Positions 28,296 through 42,765 of a DNA stretch of 64,000 bases are shown one piece after another; positions within the stretch are counted from its first letter, which is position 1, and each line of letters starts with the position of its first letter. Location: NCBI RefSeq assembly GCF_044324785.1, contig NZ_CP172127.1; one strand, 5' to 3'. Made by a program: the position numbers and the translations under genes. The DNA is from Escherichia coli (GTDB taxonomy: Bacteria > Pseudomonadota > Gammaproteobacteria > Enterobacterales > Enterobacteriaceae). The notes beneath the pieces are model-generated. The model did not search any database and was not told the DNA's origin. It saw only the letters and a list, made by a program, of their open reading frames with translations.

Positions 28296-28310
28296 GTAAA
28301 ACAACGTAAA
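28296..28310. promoter_or_regulatory. CpxR-P binding site (tandem GTAAA-N5-GTAAA) in the cpxP / cpxRA divergent promoter region
   Basis: gtaaaacaacgtaaa seen directly in the sequence, about 80 bp upstream of the cpxP start; matches the known CpxR box consensus. Confidence 0.75.
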
Positions 28311-28365
28311 GTCATGGATTAGCGACGTCTGATGACGTAATTTCTGCCTCGGAGGTATTTAAACA

Positions 28366-29064
28366 ATGAATAAAATCCTGTTAGTTGATGATGACCGAGA
28401 GCTGACTTCCCTATTAAAGGAGCTGCTCGAGATGGAAGGCTTCAACGTGATTGTTGCCCACGATGGGGAACAGGCGCTTGATCTTCTGGACGACAGCATT
28501 GATTTACTTTTGCTTGATGTAATGATGCCGAAGAAAAATGGTATCGACACATTAAAAGCACTTCGCCAGACACACCAGACGCCTGTCATTATGTTGACGG
28601 CGCGCGGCAGTGAACTTGATCGCGTTCTCGGCCTTGAGCTGGGCGCAGATGACTATCTCCCGAAACCGTTTAATGATCGTGAGCTGGTGGCACGTATTCG
28701 CGCGATCCTGCGCCGTTCGCACTGGAGTGAGCAACAGCAAAATAACGACAACGGTTCACCGACACTGGAAGTTGATGCCTTAGTGCTGAATCCAGGCCGT
28801 CAGGAAGCCAGCTTCGACGGGCAAACGCTGGAGTTAACCGGCACTGAGTTTACCCTGCTCTATTTGCTGGCACAGCATCTGGGTCAGGTGGTTTCCCGTG
28901 AGCATTTAAGCCAGGAAGTGCTGGGCAAACGCCTGACGCCTTTCGACCGCGCTATCGATATGCACATTTCCAACCTGCGTCGTAAACTGCCGGATCGTAA
29001 AGATGGTCACCCGTGGTTTAAAACCTTGCGTGGTCGCGGCTATCTGATGGTTTCTGCTTCATGA
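28366..29064 (+). CDS. cpxR: Response regulator CpxR (OmpR family)
   Basis: 232 aa, receiver domain (MNKILLVDDDRELTSLLKELL, D51 context LLLDVMMP) plus winged-helix output domain. Confidence 0.97.
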   Translation: MNKILLVDDDRELTSLLKELLEMEGFNVIVAHDGEQALDLLDDSIDLLLLDVMMPKKNGIDTLKALRQTHQTPVIMLTARGSELDRVLGLELGADDYLPKPFNDRELVARIRAILRRSHWSEQQQNNDNGSPTLEVDALVLNPGRQEASFDGQTLELTGTEFTLLYLLAQHLGQVVSREHLSQEVLGKRLTPFDRAIDMHISNLRRKLPDRKDGHPWFKTLRGRGYLMVSAS

Positions 29065-30434
29065 TAGGCAGCTTAACCGCGCGCATCTTCGCCATCTTCT
29101 GGCTGACGCTGGCGCTGGTGTTGATGTTAGTTTTGATGTTACCCAAGCTCGATTCACGCCAGATGACCGAGCTTCTGGATAGCGAACAGCGTCAGGGGCT
29201 GATGATTGAGCAGCATGTTGAAGCGGAGCTGGCGAACGATCCGCCCAACGATTTAATGTGGTGGCGGCGTCTGTTCCGGGCGATTGATAAGTGGGCACCG
29301 CCAGGACAGCGTTTGTTATTGGTGACCACCGAAGGCCGCGTGATCGGCGCTGAACGCAGCGAAATGCAGATCATTCGTAACTTTATTGGTCAGGCCGATA
29401 ACGCCGATCATCCGCAGAAGAAAAAGTATGGCCGCGTGGAACTGGTCGGTCCGTTCTCCGTGCGTGATGGCGAAGATAATTACCAACTTTATCTGATTCG
29501 TCCGGCCAGCAGTTCTCAATCCGATTTCATTAACTTACTGTTTGACCGCCCGCTATTACTGCTGATTGTCACCATGTTGGTCAGTACGCCGCTGCTGTTG
29601 TGGTTGGCCTGGAGTCTGGCAAAACCGGCGCGTAAGCTGAAAAACGCTGCCGATGAAGTTGCCCAGGGAAACTTACGCCAGCACCCGGAACTGGAAGCGG
29701 GGCCACAGGAATTCCTTGCCGCCGGTGCCAGTTTTAACCAGATGGTCACCGCGCTGGAGCGCATGATGACCTCTCAGCAGCGTCTGCTTTCTGATATCTC
29801 TCACGAGCTGCGCACCCCGCTGACGCGTCTGCAACTGGGTACGGCGTTACTGCGCCGTCGTAGTGGTGAAAGCAAGGAACTGGAGCGTATTGAAACCGAA
29901 GCGCAACGTCTGGACAGCATGATCAACGATCTGTTGGTGATGTCACGTAATCAGCAGAAAAATGCGCTGGTTAGCGAGACCATCAAAGCCAACCAGTTGT
30001 GGAGTGAAGTGCTGGATAACGCGGCGTTCGAAGCCGAGCAGATGGGCAAGTCGTTGACGGTTAACTTCCCGCCTGGGCCGTGGCCGCTGTACGGCAACCC
30101 GAACGCCCTGGAGAGTGCGCTGGAAAACATTGTTCGTAATGCTCTGCGTTATTCCCATACGAAGATTGAAGTGGGCTTTGCGGTAGATAAAGACGGTATC
30201 ACCATTACGGTGGACGACGATGGTCCTGGCGTTAGCCCGGAAGATCGCGAACAGATTTTTCGTCCGTTCTATCGGACCGATGAAGCACGCGATCGTGAAT
30301 CTGGCGGTACGGGCTTAGGGCTGGCAATTGTTGAAACCGCCATTCAGCAGCATCGTGGCTGGGTTAAAGCGGAAGACAGCCCGCTGGGCGGTTTACGGCT
30401 GGTGATTTGGTTGCCGCTGTATAAGCGGAGTTAA
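29061..30434 (+). CDS. cpxA: Sensor histidine kinase CpxA
   Basis: 457 aa with H-box SHELRTPLTRL and HATPase G-boxes; overlaps the cpxR stop by 4 nt. Confidence 0.97.
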   Translation: MIGSLTARIFAIFWLTLALVLMLVLMLPKLDSRQMTELLDSEQRQGLMIEQHVEAELANDPPNDLMWWRRLFRAIDKWAPPGQRLLLVTTEGRVIGAERSEMQIIRNFIGQADNADHPQKKKYGRVELVGPFSVRDGEDNYQLYLIRPASSSQSDFINLLFDRPLLLLIVTMLVSTPLLLWLAWSLAKPARKLKNAADEVAQGNLRQHPELEAGPQEFLAAGASFNQMVTALERMMTSQQRLLSDISHELRTPLTRLQLGTALLRRRSGESKELERIETEAQRLDSMINDLLVMSRNQQKNALVSETIKANQLWSEVLDNAAFEAEQMGKSLTVNFPPGPWPLYGNPNALESALENIVRNALRYSHTKIEVGFAVDKDGITITVDDDGPGVSPEDREQIFRPFYRTDEARDRESGGTGLGLAIVETAIQQHRGWVKAEDSPLGGLRLVIWLPLYKRS

Positions 30435-30496
30435 ACTCGGCGCAGGGCCGTCCCCTTCGGGGTCAAGGCAACAGGTCAGCACTGTGCGAACTGATA

Positions 30497-30620
30497 CCCT
30501 CACCCCGGCCCTCTCCCTGAAAGGGCGAGGGGGAAAAACGTAGCCCTGTTCAGCAACGGAGCTGAGCACCGCTCCGGACAGTCCCCTCGCCCCTCTGGGG
30601 AGAGGGTTAGGGTGAGGGGA
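30497..30620. repeat. About 124-bp imperfect-palindromic interspersed repeat, copy 1
   Basis: ccctcaccccggccctctccctgaaagggcgaggg...cccctcgcccct..ggggagagggttagggtgagggga; near-identical to 39530..39653. Confidence 0.8.
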
Positions 30621-30689
30621 AAAATTCAGCACAATGCAAACGGCACTGCTCTCACCGGAAACCATGCCAGATTTCGTATTAAGACAGCC

Positions 30690-31364
30690 TTATTTTCCCC
30701 ACAACCGGCGGGAAAAATCTTCGATCTTGCCGCTCAGTCGGCGCTTTTGCATCGTCCGCGTCCAGCTTTTCGATAACCCGGCGGCGGAGAGTAAACGGTG
30801 ATACTGCTCGTCATCAAACGGCATATGCCATGCGATGGCGGCAGCCTCCTGCACGGTCACATCACTGACACGGGAAACCAACTCCAGCGGAGCATCAGCA
30901 GATACCAACCCTGGCGCAATCACGCTATACAACCACCCAACTTTACCCGTATTTTGCATCAACTGCGCTATATCGCTGATATCAAAATGGTAATTGAGTT
31001 TATAGCAAGGTGAGCGTGGCTGGCTGACCTGAATTAATGCCTCTCCCCAGCGGAAAATATCGCCAATATAAACATTACTTTCCGTCAGACCGTCGGTTGA
31101 GAGATTTTCGCCAAACGCAGGCGCAACAAACAACTCCGCCTGTTCCGGAAATTCCCGCGCCCAGTAGAGATAATGCTCACGAGGATAATGACACAGCGCT
31201 CTGTCTGGCCCGCCGTGAACCTTCTTCTCCGCCTGCTCGTCACCTTCCAGCCCCAGCTCCGTCAGCATCAACTCACCATCAACCTGGATTTTAGCAATTG
31301 CGCTGGGTTTGCCTTCGGGATAAGCCTGAATCTTGCCTGTGTATACATCAACCGGATATCGCAT
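30690..31364 (-). CDS. yiiM: MOSC-domain protein YiiM
   Basis: 224 aa from MRYPVDVYTGKIQAYPEG; the track ORF is extended 10 codons upstream. Confidence 0.88.
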   Translation of the reverse strand: MRYPVDVYTGKIQAYPEGKPSAIAKIQVDGELMLTELGLEGDEQAEKKVHGGPDRALCHYPREHYLYWAREFPEQAELFVAPAFGENLSTDGLTESNVYIGDIFRWGEALIQVSQPRSPCYKLNYHFDISDIAQLMQNTGKVGWLYSVIAPGLVSADAPLELVSRVSDVTVQEAAAIAWHMPFDDEQYHRLLSAAGLSKSWTRTMQKRRLSGKIEDFSRRLWGK

Positions 31365-31512
31365 CTGTTCCCTCTCCACGAGAAATTTCCCCATTAGACC
31401 ATATTTATTTTATGTCAGGCGTGCTGTTTTCGCGGTAAGTATCCAGGCAAGAACTCAATAGCAAACCGGACGAACGTTAGTTCATCCGGCTGTGGGGATT
31501 AAGGAAGCAGGT

Positions 31513-32496
31513 TTATTTCACCGTACCTAAAATTTCGATTTTCGCTGCTCTGGCTTTGACTTTACGTGACCAGATAGAGGTAAGAATTGGCACCAGAATC
31601 GAAGTCACAATGACCGCCGTCGCGACCAGCGAAGTTGCTGCCGGAGCCATCGGTTTAAACGCAGGCACCATTTCAGCAATCAGCACAGGTGTCGCTACCG
31701 CGGCCCCTGCGGAACTGGAAGCGGCAATTCCGGCAGTGCCATCGCCACCGCCAATCAATTTATCGGCGATAATCAACGGAATACCGGTCACGATAATTAC
31801 TGCCACACCCAACAGGATCCCCAGCAAACCTGTCTGGGCAATTACAGTCAAATCAATGGTATTGCCCAGCGCGAAGGCAAAGAATGGAATCAGCGTCTGC
31901 ACCGCTTTGCTGAAAAATTCTCGTAATTCAGGGTCAAGGTTCCCAAGGGCAAAGCCCACCAGGAACGGTAATACTGCGCCGACGAAAACATGCGGTTCAA
32001 ACGAGGCAATCCCGGCAGTGCCCAGAATAATCATCGTCATGAGCGGCCCGGACTCCAATGACATCAACACAAATGCCCCAGCTTCTTCTTTTGTGCCGTA
32101 CTGCTGCATGATGGAAGCGTAAAGTCCGCCGTTGGTCATATCCATCGCCGCCACCAGCGCCAGCGTTGAAAGTCCGGCAAAGAATCCAACTTCAACACCA
32201 TGTTCCGGAATAATGCGCGAGGCAATTGCCGCAACCACCCACGCGACGGCAATTTTTGTTACCACCAGCGTACCGGATTTACGCAATACCGTTCCCGTCG
32301 CGCTTAATTTTATTGACGCCCCCATGCAAAAAAACCACACCGCCAGAATGGGCACCGTACCGGTAATCATCCCGTTGGTGAATGATCCAAAATATTTCCC
32401 CGCCTCCGGCGAGAAGGTGTGGCACAGTGCGCCAAGGAATAGCGGGACGAGCATCATCCCCCCCGGGATTTTCTCAATCGAGCGTTTTATCTGCAT
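31513..32496 (-). CDS. kdgT: 2-keto-3-deoxygluconate permease
   Basis: 327 aa polytopic membrane protein from [24 protein letters not shown]. Confidence 0.92.
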   Translation of the reverse strand: MQIKRSIEKIPGGMMLVPLFLGALCHTFSPEAGKYFGSFTNGMITGTVPILAVWFFCMGASIKLSATGTVLRKSGTLVVTKIAVAWVVAAIASRIIPEHGVEVGFFAGLSTLALVAAMDMTNGGLYASIMQQYGTKEEAGAFVLMSLESGPLMTMIILGTAGIASFEPHVFVGAVLPFLVGFALGNLDPELREFFSKAVQTLIPFFAFALGNTIDLTVIAQTGLLGILLGVAVIIVTGIPLIIADKLIGGGDGTAGIAASSSAGAAVATPVLIAEMVPAFKPMAPAATSLVATAVIVTSILVPILTSIWSRKVKARAAKIEILGTVK

Positions 32497-32671
32497 TTCC
32501 ATCACCTGTCGGCATATTTTTAAGGGCTGATGCGTAATTCCTCAATGGAGCATCAGTGTTGATGGAAACGAAGATAGACATTCATTTAATCAATAAAAGT
32601 GATCAAAATCACATCAATTGAAACACTGTTTTATTTTTATCGGATCATTGTTTTTATTTTGAAATTGATCA

Positions 32672-32708
32672 CAAAAAAACCACCGCCGTTGGCGATGGTT
32701 CATTTTTT
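32672..32708 (-). terminator. sodA terminator (hairpin with runs on both sides)
   Basis: acaaaaaaa-ccaccgccgttggcgatgg-ttcatttttt. Confidence 0.65.
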
Positions 32709-32755
32709 AAGCTGATATGCGGCGTAAACGCCTCATTGCAGCAGGCGGCAAATGA

Positions 32756-33376
32756 TTATTTTTTCGCCGCGAAACGTGCCGCTGCTTCGTCCCAGTTCAC
32801 CACGTTCCAGAACTCTTTGATGTAGTCCGGACGGCGGTTCTGGAATTTCAGGTAGTAAGCATGTTCCCACACATCCAGGCCCAGAATCGGGAAGCCGGAA
32901 GCGCCAGAAATAGCTTCACCCATCAGCGGGGAGTCCTGGTTAGCAGTAGAAACCACCGCCAGTTTATCGCCTTTCAGCACCAGCCATGCCCAGCCGGAAC
33001 CAAAGCGGGAAGCTGCCGCTTTCTCAAATTCTGCTTTGAAGTTATCAACGGAGCCGAAGTCACGTTCGATAGCCGCTTTCAGGTCACCCTGCAGGGTGGT
33101 GCCTTTTTTCAGACCTTTCCAGAACAGGCTGTGGTTAGCGTGACCGCCAGCGTTGTTGCGCAGTACGGTTTTCTTGTCTGCTGGCAGCTGGTCCAGTTTG
33201 GTGATCAGCTCTTCAACCGGCAGGTTGGCAAATTCTGGCAGGCTTTCCAGCGCCGCGTTGGCGTTGTTGACGTAGGTCTGATGGTGTTTGGTGTGGTGGA
33301 TTTCCATGGTCTGCTTATCGAAGTGCGGTTCCAGGGCATCGTAAGCATACGGCAGGGATGGCAGGGTATAGCTCAT
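32756..33376 (-). CDS. sodA: Manganese superoxide dismutase
   Basis: 206 aa from [32 protein letters not shown]; metal ligands in the DVWEHAYY context. Confidence 0.97.
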   Translation of the reverse strand: MSYTLPSLPYAYDALEPHFDKQTMEIHHTKHHQTYVNNANAALESLPEFANLPVEELITKLDQLPADKKTVLRNNAGGHANHSLFWKGLKKGTTLQGDLKAAIERDFGSVDNFKAEFEKAAASRFGSGWAWLVLKGDKLAVVSTANQDSPLMGEAISGASGFPILGLDVWEHAYYLKFQNRRPDYIKEFWNVVNWDEAAARFAAKK

Positions 33377-33450
33377 ATTCATCTCCAGTATTGTCGGGCG
33401 GCCGATTGTTAATGCCGCGTAAGCAGTTGGTTCATTATAGTTAATTAAAT

Positions 33451-33472
33451 GATATTGAAAATGATTATCAAT
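33451..33472. promoter_or_regulatory. Putative Fur box in the sodA promoter
   Basis: gatattgaaaatgattatcaat resembles the GATAATGATAATCATTATC Fur consensus and lies upstream of sodA. Confidence 0.4.
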
Positions 33473-33660
33473 GCCGTACTTTTCGTAAGGGTATGGTTTT
33501 GCAGGAAAATGCCCGAGATGTGAAGCAAATCACCCACTTAATGCCGTGATTGCCAGTAAATCGACAACGGCGGCAACAGGCGAAAGGTTAATCGACAGCA
33601 CGATTTTTACACTCATCTCGTCGGAGATGTGACGCGACGAAAAATGATGAGGATAAGAAG

Positions 33661-34695
33661 ATGAGTAACGCGATTACGATGGGGATATTTTGGCATTTGA
33701 TCGGCGCGGCCAGTGCAGCCTGTTTTTACGCTCCGTTCAAAAAAGTAAAAAAATGGTCATGGGAAACCATGTGGTCAGTCGGTGGGATTGTTTCGTGGAT
33801 TATTCTGCCGTGGGCCATCAGCGCCCTGTTACTGCCGAATTTCTGGGCGTATTACAGCTCGTTTAGTCTCTCTACGCTGCTGCCTGTTTTTCTGTTCGGC
33901 GCTATGTGGGGGATCGGTAATATCAACTACGGCCTGACCATGCGTTATCTCGGCATGTCGATGGGAATTGGCATCGCCATTGGCATTACGTTGATTGTCG
34001 GTACGCTGATGACGCCAATTATCAACGGCAATTTCGATGTTCTGATTAATACCGAAGGCGGACGCATGACGTTGCTCGGCGTTCTGGTGGCGCTGATTGG
34101 CGTAGGGATTGTAACTCGCGCCGGGCAGTTGAAAGAGCGCAAGATGGGCATTAAAGCCGAAGAGTTCAACCTGAAAAAAGGGCTGGTGCTGGCGGTGATG
34201 TGCGGCATTTTCTCTGCCGGGATGTCCTTTGCGATGAACGCCGCAAAACCGATGCATGAAGCCGCTGCTGCACTGGGCGTCGATCCACTGTATGTCGCTC
34301 TGCCAAGCTATGTTGTCATCATGGGCGGCGGCGCGATCATCAACCTCGGTTTCTGCTTCATTCGTCTGGCAAAAGTGAAGGATTTGTCGCTAAAAGCCGA
34401 CTTCTCGCTGGCAAAACCGCTGATCATTCACAACGTGTTACTCTCGGCACTGGGCGGGTTGATGTGGTATCTGCAATTCTTTTTCTATGCCTGGGGCCAC
34501 GCCCGCATTCCGGCGCAGTATGACTACATCAGTTGGATGCTGCATATGAGTTTCTATGTATTGTGCGGCGGTATCGTCGGGCTGGTGCTGAAAGAGTGGA
34601 ACAATGCAGGACGCCGTCCGGTAACGGTGTTGAGCCTCGGTTGTGTGGTGATTATTGTTGCCGCCAACATCGTCGGCATGGGCATGGCGAATTAA
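33661..34695 (+). CDS. rhaT: L-rhamnose-proton symporter
   Basis: 344-aa polytopic membrane protein ([26 protein letters not shown]...). Confidence 0.93.
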   Translation: MSNAITMGIFWHLIGAASAACFYAPFKKVKKWSWETMWSVGGIVSWIILPWAISALLLPNFWAYYSSFSLSTLLPVFLFGAMWGIGNINYGLTMRYLGMSMGIGIAIGITLIVGTLMTPIINGNFDVLINTEGGRMTLLGVLVALIGVGIVTRAGQLKERKMGIKAEEFNLKKGLVLAVMCGIFSAGMSFAMNAAKPMHEAAAALGVDPLYVALPSYVVIMGGGAIINLGFCFIRLAKVKDLSLKADFSLAKPLIIHNVLLSALGGLMWYLQFFFYAWGHARIPAQYDYISWMLHMSFYVLCGGIVGLVLKEWNNAGRRPVTVLSLGCVVIIVAANIVGMGMAN

Positions 34696-35540
34696 TCTTT
34701 CTGCGAATTGAGATGACGCCACTGGCTGGGCGTCATCCCGGTTTCCCGGGTAAACACCACCGAAAAATAGTTACTATCTTCAAAGCCACATTCGGTTGAA
34801 ATATCACTGATTAACAGGCGGCTATGCTGGAGAAGATATTGCGCATGACACACTCTGACCTGCCGCAGATATTGATTGATGGTCATGCCAGTCTGCTGGC
34901 GAAATTGCTGACGCAAAACGCGCTCACTGCACGATGCCTCATCACAAAATTTATCCAGCGCAAAGGGACTTTTCAGGCTGGCCGCCAGCCGGGTAATCAG
35001 CTTATCCAGCAATGTTTCGCTGGATGTTGGCGGCAACGAATCACTGGTGTAACGATGGCGATTCAGCAACATCACCAACTGCCCGAACAGCAACTCTGCC
35101 ATTTCGTTAGCAAACGGCACATGCTGACTACTTTCATGCTCAAGCTGACCGATAACCTGCCGCGCCTGCGCCATCCCAACGCTACCTAAGCGCCAGTGTG
35201 GTTGCCCTGCGCTGGCGCTAAATCCCGGAATCGCCCCCTGCCAGTCAAGATTCAGCTTCAGCCGCTCCGGGCAATAAATAATATTCTGCAAAACCAGATC
35301 GTTAACGGAAGCGTAGGAGTGTTTATCGTCAGCATGAATGTAAAAGAGATCGCCACGGGTAATGCGATAAGGGCGATCGTTGAGTACATGCAGACCATTA
35401 CCGCGCCAGACAATTACCAGCTCACAAAAATCATGTGTATGTTCGGCAAAGACATCTTGCGGATAACGGTCAGCCACAGCGACTGCCTGCTGATCGCTGG
35501 CAAAAAAATCATCTTTGAGAAGTTTTAACTGATGCGCCAC
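34692..35540 (-). CDS. rhaR: AraC-family activator RhaR
   Basis: Cupin domain plus C-terminal AraC HTH; likely GTG start ([13 protein letters not shown]...) giving 282 aa. The track ORF is extended to an upstream ATG. Confidence 0.85.
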   Translation of the reverse strand: MAHQLKLLKDDFFASDQQAVAVADRYPQDVFAEHTHDFCELVIVWRGNGLHVLNDRPYRITRGDLFYIHADDKHSYASVNDLVLQNIIYCPERLKLNLDWQGAIPGFSASAGQPHWRLGSVGMAQARQVIGQLEHESSQHVPFANEMAELLFGQLVMLLNRHRYTSDSLPPTSSETLLDKLITRLAASLKSPFALDKFCDEASCSERVLRQQFRQQTGMTINQYLRQVRVCHAQYLLQHSRLLISDISTECGFEDSNYFSVVFTRETGMTPSQWRHLNSQKD

Positions 35541-35613
35541 CGTGGCTACCTCGGCCAGAGAACGAAGTTGATTATTCGCAATATGGCGTACAAATACGTT
35601 GAGAAGATTCGCG

Positions 35614-36450
35614 TTATTGCAGAAAGCCATCCCGTCCCTGGCGAATATCACGCGGTGACCAGTTAAACTCTCGGCGAAAAAGCGTCGAAAAGTGGTTACT
35701 GTCGCTAAATCCGCAGCGATAGGCGATGTCAGTAACGCTGGCTTCGCTGTGGCGTAGTAGATGTCGGGCTTTCATCAGTCGCAGGCGGTTCAGGTAACGC
35801 TGAGGCGTCAGTCCCGTTTTCTGCTTAAGCTGCCGATGTAGCGTACGCAGCGAAAGAGAAAATTGATCCGCCACGGCATCCCAATTTACCTCATCGGCAA
35901 AATGGTCCTCCAGCCAGGCCAGAAGCAAGTTGAGACGTGACGCGCTGTTTTCCAGGTTCTCCTGCAAACTGCTTTTACGCAGCAAGAGCAGTAATTGCAT
36001 AAATAAGATCTCGCGACTGGCGGTCGAGGGTAAATCATTTTCCTCTTCCTGCTGTTCCATCTGTGCAACCAGCTGTCGCACCTGCTGCAACACGCTGTGG
36101 TTAACGCGCCAGTGGGAAGGATACTGTCCGTCCTGCTCTTGTGGCAGCAACTGATTCAGCCCGGCGAGAAACTGAAATCGATCCGGCGAGCGATACAGCA
36201 CATTAGTCAGACACAGATTATCGGTATGTTCATACAGATGCCGATCATGATCGCGTACGAAACAGACCGTCCCACCGGTGATGGTATAGGGCTGCCCATT
36301 AAACACATGAATACCCGTGCCATGTTCGACAATCACAATTTCATGAAAATCATGATGATGTTCAGGAAAATCCGCCTGCGGGAGCCGGGGTTCTATCGCC
36401 ACGGACGCGTTACCAGACGGAAAAAAATCCACACTATGTAATACGGTCAT
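35614..36450 (-). CDS. rhaS: AraC-family activator RhaS
   Basis: 278 aa, [41 protein letters not shown]..., AraC HTH at the C-terminus. Confidence 0.93.
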
Positions 36451-39464
<3,014 letters not shown>

Positions 39465-39468
39465 ACAC

Positions 39469-39504
39469 TGCCGGATGCGGCGCGAGCGCCTTATTCGGCC
39501 TACG
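39469..39504. repeat. REP sequence downstream of rhaA
   Basis: gccggatgcggcgcgagcgccttattcggcctac. Confidence 0.8.
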
Positions 39505-39529
39505 GGTCGAATGTCCATGCGGGCTGTCA

Positions 39530-39653
39530 CCCTCACCCCGGCCCTCTCCCTGAAAGGGCGAGGGAGAAAAACATAGCCTCGTTCAGCAACGGAGCTGAGC
39601 ACCGCTCCGGACAGTCCCCTCGCCCCTACGGGGAGAGGGTTAGGGTGAGGGGA
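39530..39653. repeat. About 124-bp imperfect-palindromic interspersed repeat, copy 2
   Basis: Near-identical to 30497..30620. Confidence 0.8.
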
Positions 39654-39705
39654 ACAAGCCGCACCATGTCTAAACAAGGCAACCTAATTTACAGGAACAC
39701 AGAAC

Positions 39706-40530
39706 ATGCAAAACATTACCCAGTCCTGGTTTGTCCAGGGAATGATCAAAGCCACCACCGACGCCTGGCTGAAAGGCTGGGACGAGCGCAATGGTGGTAA
39801 CCTGACGCTGCGCCTGGATGACGCCGATATCGCGCCTTATCACGGCAACTTTCATGCACAACCGCGCTATATTCCGCTCAGCCAGCCCATGCCTTTACTG
39901 GCAAATACACCGTTTATTGTCACCGGCTCCGGCAAATTCTTCCGCAACGTCCAGCTTGATCCTGCGGCTAACTTAGGCGTCGTAAAAGTCGACAGCGACG
40001 GCGCGGGCTACCACATTCTCTGGGGGCTAACTCACGAAGCCGTTCCAACCTCTGAACTTCCGGCGCACTTCCTCTCTCATTGCGAACGCATTAAAGCCAC
40101 CAACGGTAAAGATCGGGTGATCATGCACTGCCATGCCACCAACCTGATCGCCCTTACCTACGTACTGGAAAACGACACCGCGGTCTTCACTCGCCAACTG
40201 TGGGAAGGCAGCACCGAATGTCTGGTAGTGTTCCCGGATGGCGTCGGCATTTTGCCGTGGATGGTGCCCGGCACCGACGAAATCGGCCAGGCGACCGCAC
40301 AGGAAATGCAAAAACATTCGCTGGTGTTGTGGCCCTTCCACGGCGTCTTCGGCAGCGGTCCGACACTGGATGAAACATTCGGTTTAATCGACACCGCAGA
40401 AAAATCAGCACAAGTATTAGTGAAGGTTTATTCGATGGGCGGCATGAAACAGACCATCAGTCGTGAAGAGCTGATAGCGCTCGGCCAGCGTTTCGGCGTT
40501 ACACCACTCGCCAGTGCGCTGGCGCTGTAA
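39706..40530 (+). CDS. rhaD: Rhamnulose-1-phosphate aldolase
   Basis: 274 aa, [32 protein letters not shown]... (class II aldolase). Confidence 0.95.
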   Translation: MQNITQSWFVQGMIKATTDAWLKGWDERNGGNLTLRLDDADIAPYHGNFHAQPRYIPLSQPMPLLANTPFIVTGSGKFFRNVQLDPAANLGVVKVDSDGAGYHILWGLTHEAVPTSELPAHFLSHCERIKATNGKDRVIMHCHATNLIALTYVLENDTAVFTRQLWEGSTECLVVFPDGVGILPWMVPGTDEIGQATAQEMQKHSLVLWPFHGVFGSGPTLDETFGLIDTAEKSAQVLVKVYSMGGMKQTISREELIALGQRFGVTPLASALAL

Positions 40531-40539
40531 GGAGCAAAC

Positions 40540-40854
40540 ATGATCCGCAAAGCCTTTGTCATGCAGGTTAACCCCGACGCCCACGAAGAGTATCAGCGTC
40601 GGCATAATCCAATCTGGCCGGAACTGGAAGCAGTGTTGAAATCTCACGGTGCGCATAACTACGCCATTTACCTCGACAAAGCGCGTAATCTGCTGTTTGC
40701 CACGGTAGAGATTGAATCTGAAGAACGGTGGAATGCGGTAGCCAGTACTGATGTTTGCCAACGTTGGTGGAAATATATGACCGACGTTATGCCAGCTAAC
40801 CCGGATAACAGCCCAGTCAGTAGCGAGCTGCAAGAAGTGTTTTACCTGCCTTAA
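40540..40854 (+). CDS. rhaM: L-rhamnose mutarotase
   Basis: 104 aa, [30 protein letters not shown]... Confidence 0.93.
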
Positions 40855-40894
40855 TGAGTTGCGGTGCCGGAAAATATCCAGCACCGCGCCTTCA

Positions 40895-42289
40895 TCAGAA
40901 GAAGTATTTAAAGCGAACGCGTGCGCCGTAACGGTCATCAGTATCATCACCGTGTTTTTTATCACCGTCGCTATCCAGAATGGAGTAATACGTCCCGAGG
41001 TAAATATTAAAGTTCTCCATATCCATCACATTAGCGAACTGATAAGACGCATGAATGGTGTGAATGGTGTACGTCCCTTCATCATCAATCCAGCAGTCGT
41101 TATCACAAACTACACCGCTGAATTCATCAATCTTATTGTGCGCGTAGATATAACCCAGCTCGAAACGTTTCCACAGCGCGTTAATCCCGGCAGTGAAATC
41201 TTTCTCATTATTAGCATCTAAATAGGCGGTATTAAGATTAACCACGACACCATTTTCCGGATCCGTTTTTAGGCCATTCCAGGTCATGCTCATACCATAG
41301 CCGGTACGATCGGACTGATCGACAAAATTACCCTTGCTATCGGTATAACCATAAGCATTATTTACCACGTTCGCTTCCATCGCTGCGGAAACGGTAAATT
41401 CTTCCGTCGGCGACCAGGCAATTACCGGACGCAGATAAGCAACATTTTTCTGCTGCTCCATATCGCGTCCATGATAATTACCGTCATTATATAAAGATGT
41501 TCCGTCTTCAAGTAACGTGTTTAATTCAAAATACCAGTTATCGAGTTGTTTGCTGACGAGGAAATTACCGCCAGCGTTAGAGCGCCCGCGGCCCTCTTTC
41601 ATCATATAGATATAACCGCTGCCATCGTCATAAAGATCGTTCGCAGTATTACCGGAATGTTCAACAAAGGTATCCTGATTCAGCGGGAACATATCGTAGG
41701 CTTCAAAACGGCCTACTTTGACCTTCCAGTCGTTTTCTTTGCCAAAGAAGAATACCGCATCATCGATATTTACTGAACCGTGCATGTCCCCCAGCGGTTG
41801 TGCGGAGAACCCGGCGAAATAACCATTATCCAGTTTTCGCATACCATCAAAACCTAACAGAATACGACCATTGAGATTCCACTGTTCATTAGTGGGATCG
41901 CTATTCACATCAGCGTTGGTCATTGCCAGCAGGCCATGATTACTTTCTGCATCCATATTAAATTCTACGTCGCCGTAGATTTTTAAATCGCCATAACCTG
42001 AGAGCAAAAGATTAGGTGAGGTGGAATTTTTCTTTGCAGATTCCGCCGTTGCCTGTCCATTTACCGGCGTATTGCCCTGGGCAGCCTTAATTTCGCGGAT
42101 CTCAGCGGCTTGTTGTGTCTGCAGCTGTTTAACCTGGCTCTCTGCTTTTGCTGCCCGCATTTCTGCCGCTTCCAGGCGTTCTTCCAGCAATGCCATGCGT
42201 TGTTCCAGCGTTAAATGCTGTGTTTTTGCCATTCCGGTACTACATGCCAATAATAAACCGATGGCTAAAGATAATGTCGATTTTTTCAT
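40895..42289 (-). CDS. Putative outer-membrane beta-barrel protein (porin-like) with an N-terminal coiled-coil extension (464 aa)
   Basis: Signal peptide MKKSTLSLAIGLLLACSTGMA; residues about 25-75 are heptad-rich (LEQRMALLEERLEAAEMRAAKAESQVKQLQ); the rest has alternating aromatic/polar beta-strand character and ends in an aromatic C-terminus (RFKYFF). Plausible SD (aggga) upstream. Not part of the K-12 backbone as I recall it. Confidence 0.6.
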   Translation of the reverse strand: MKKSTLSLAIGLLLACSTGMAKTQHLTLEQRMALLEERLEAAEMRAAKAESQVKQLQTQQAAEIREIKAAQGNTPVNGQATAESAKKNSTSPNLLLSGYGDLKIYGDVEFNMDAESNHGLLAMTNADVNSDPTNEQWNLNGRILLGFDGMRKLDNGYFAGFSAQPLGDMHGSVNIDDAVFFFGKENDWKVKVGRFEAYDMFPLNQDTFVEHSGNTANDLYDDGSGYIYMMKEGRGRSNAGGNFLVSKQLDNWYFELNTLLEDGTSLYNDGNYHGRDMEQQKNVAYLRPVIAWSPTEEFTVSAAMEANVVNNAYGYTDSKGNFVDQSDRTGYGMSMTWNGLKTDPENGVVVNLNTAYLDANNEKDFTAGINALWKRFELGYIYAHNKIDEFSGVVCDNDCWIDDEGTYTIHTIHASYQFANVMDMENFNIYLGTYYSILDSDGDKKHGDDTDDRYGARVRFKYFF

Positions 42290-42765
42290 TATTTACGTTC
42301 CCTGAAATAAAGGAGACCCTACGCTTTCCAAAAGGAATACATATATAGGGAAATATAAGGTGTGCACTTTCGAATTTTTAATCCAACTTCAGCAGACCGA
42401 TGGATAGTATCCCGCCATATAATATGAGTAAATCCGCTGATTTCCTGGAACGTGAGGAATATAACAATAGTGCCGTTTTTAACTAAATATCGTAAAAAAT
42501 ATTAGATATGATTCACGCTGACTCATAAGCCACAAATATAAATAACCTTGCTGCAAAACATGTGCGGCAGTTAAACATTCACAACATCATTAAATAATGA
42601 TTTTTTATTCACTGCATTTATTTTGTCCATCAATATGTGCCTTACACCGCAAAATTTATCCTTCACTCTGCCTTATATTGTCACGACTTCACGACATATC
42701 CGCGCTCATCACAAAACCGCCCCGCCGTTACAATTAACTATAATATTTTTTCATGGAGTCCAATA

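Noticed and set aside
30393-30665. 90-aa ORF (and the similar 39447..39677 ORF) translating HPNPLPRGARGLSGAVLSSVAE...
   Set aside because: Lies wholly within the duplicated palindromic repeat element; the similarity between the two ORFs is explained by the repeat, not by a conserved protein.
40417-40965. 182-aa minus-strand ORF spanning the rhaD 3' end and rhaM
   Set aside because: Antisense to two well-supported genes; no sensible protein features.
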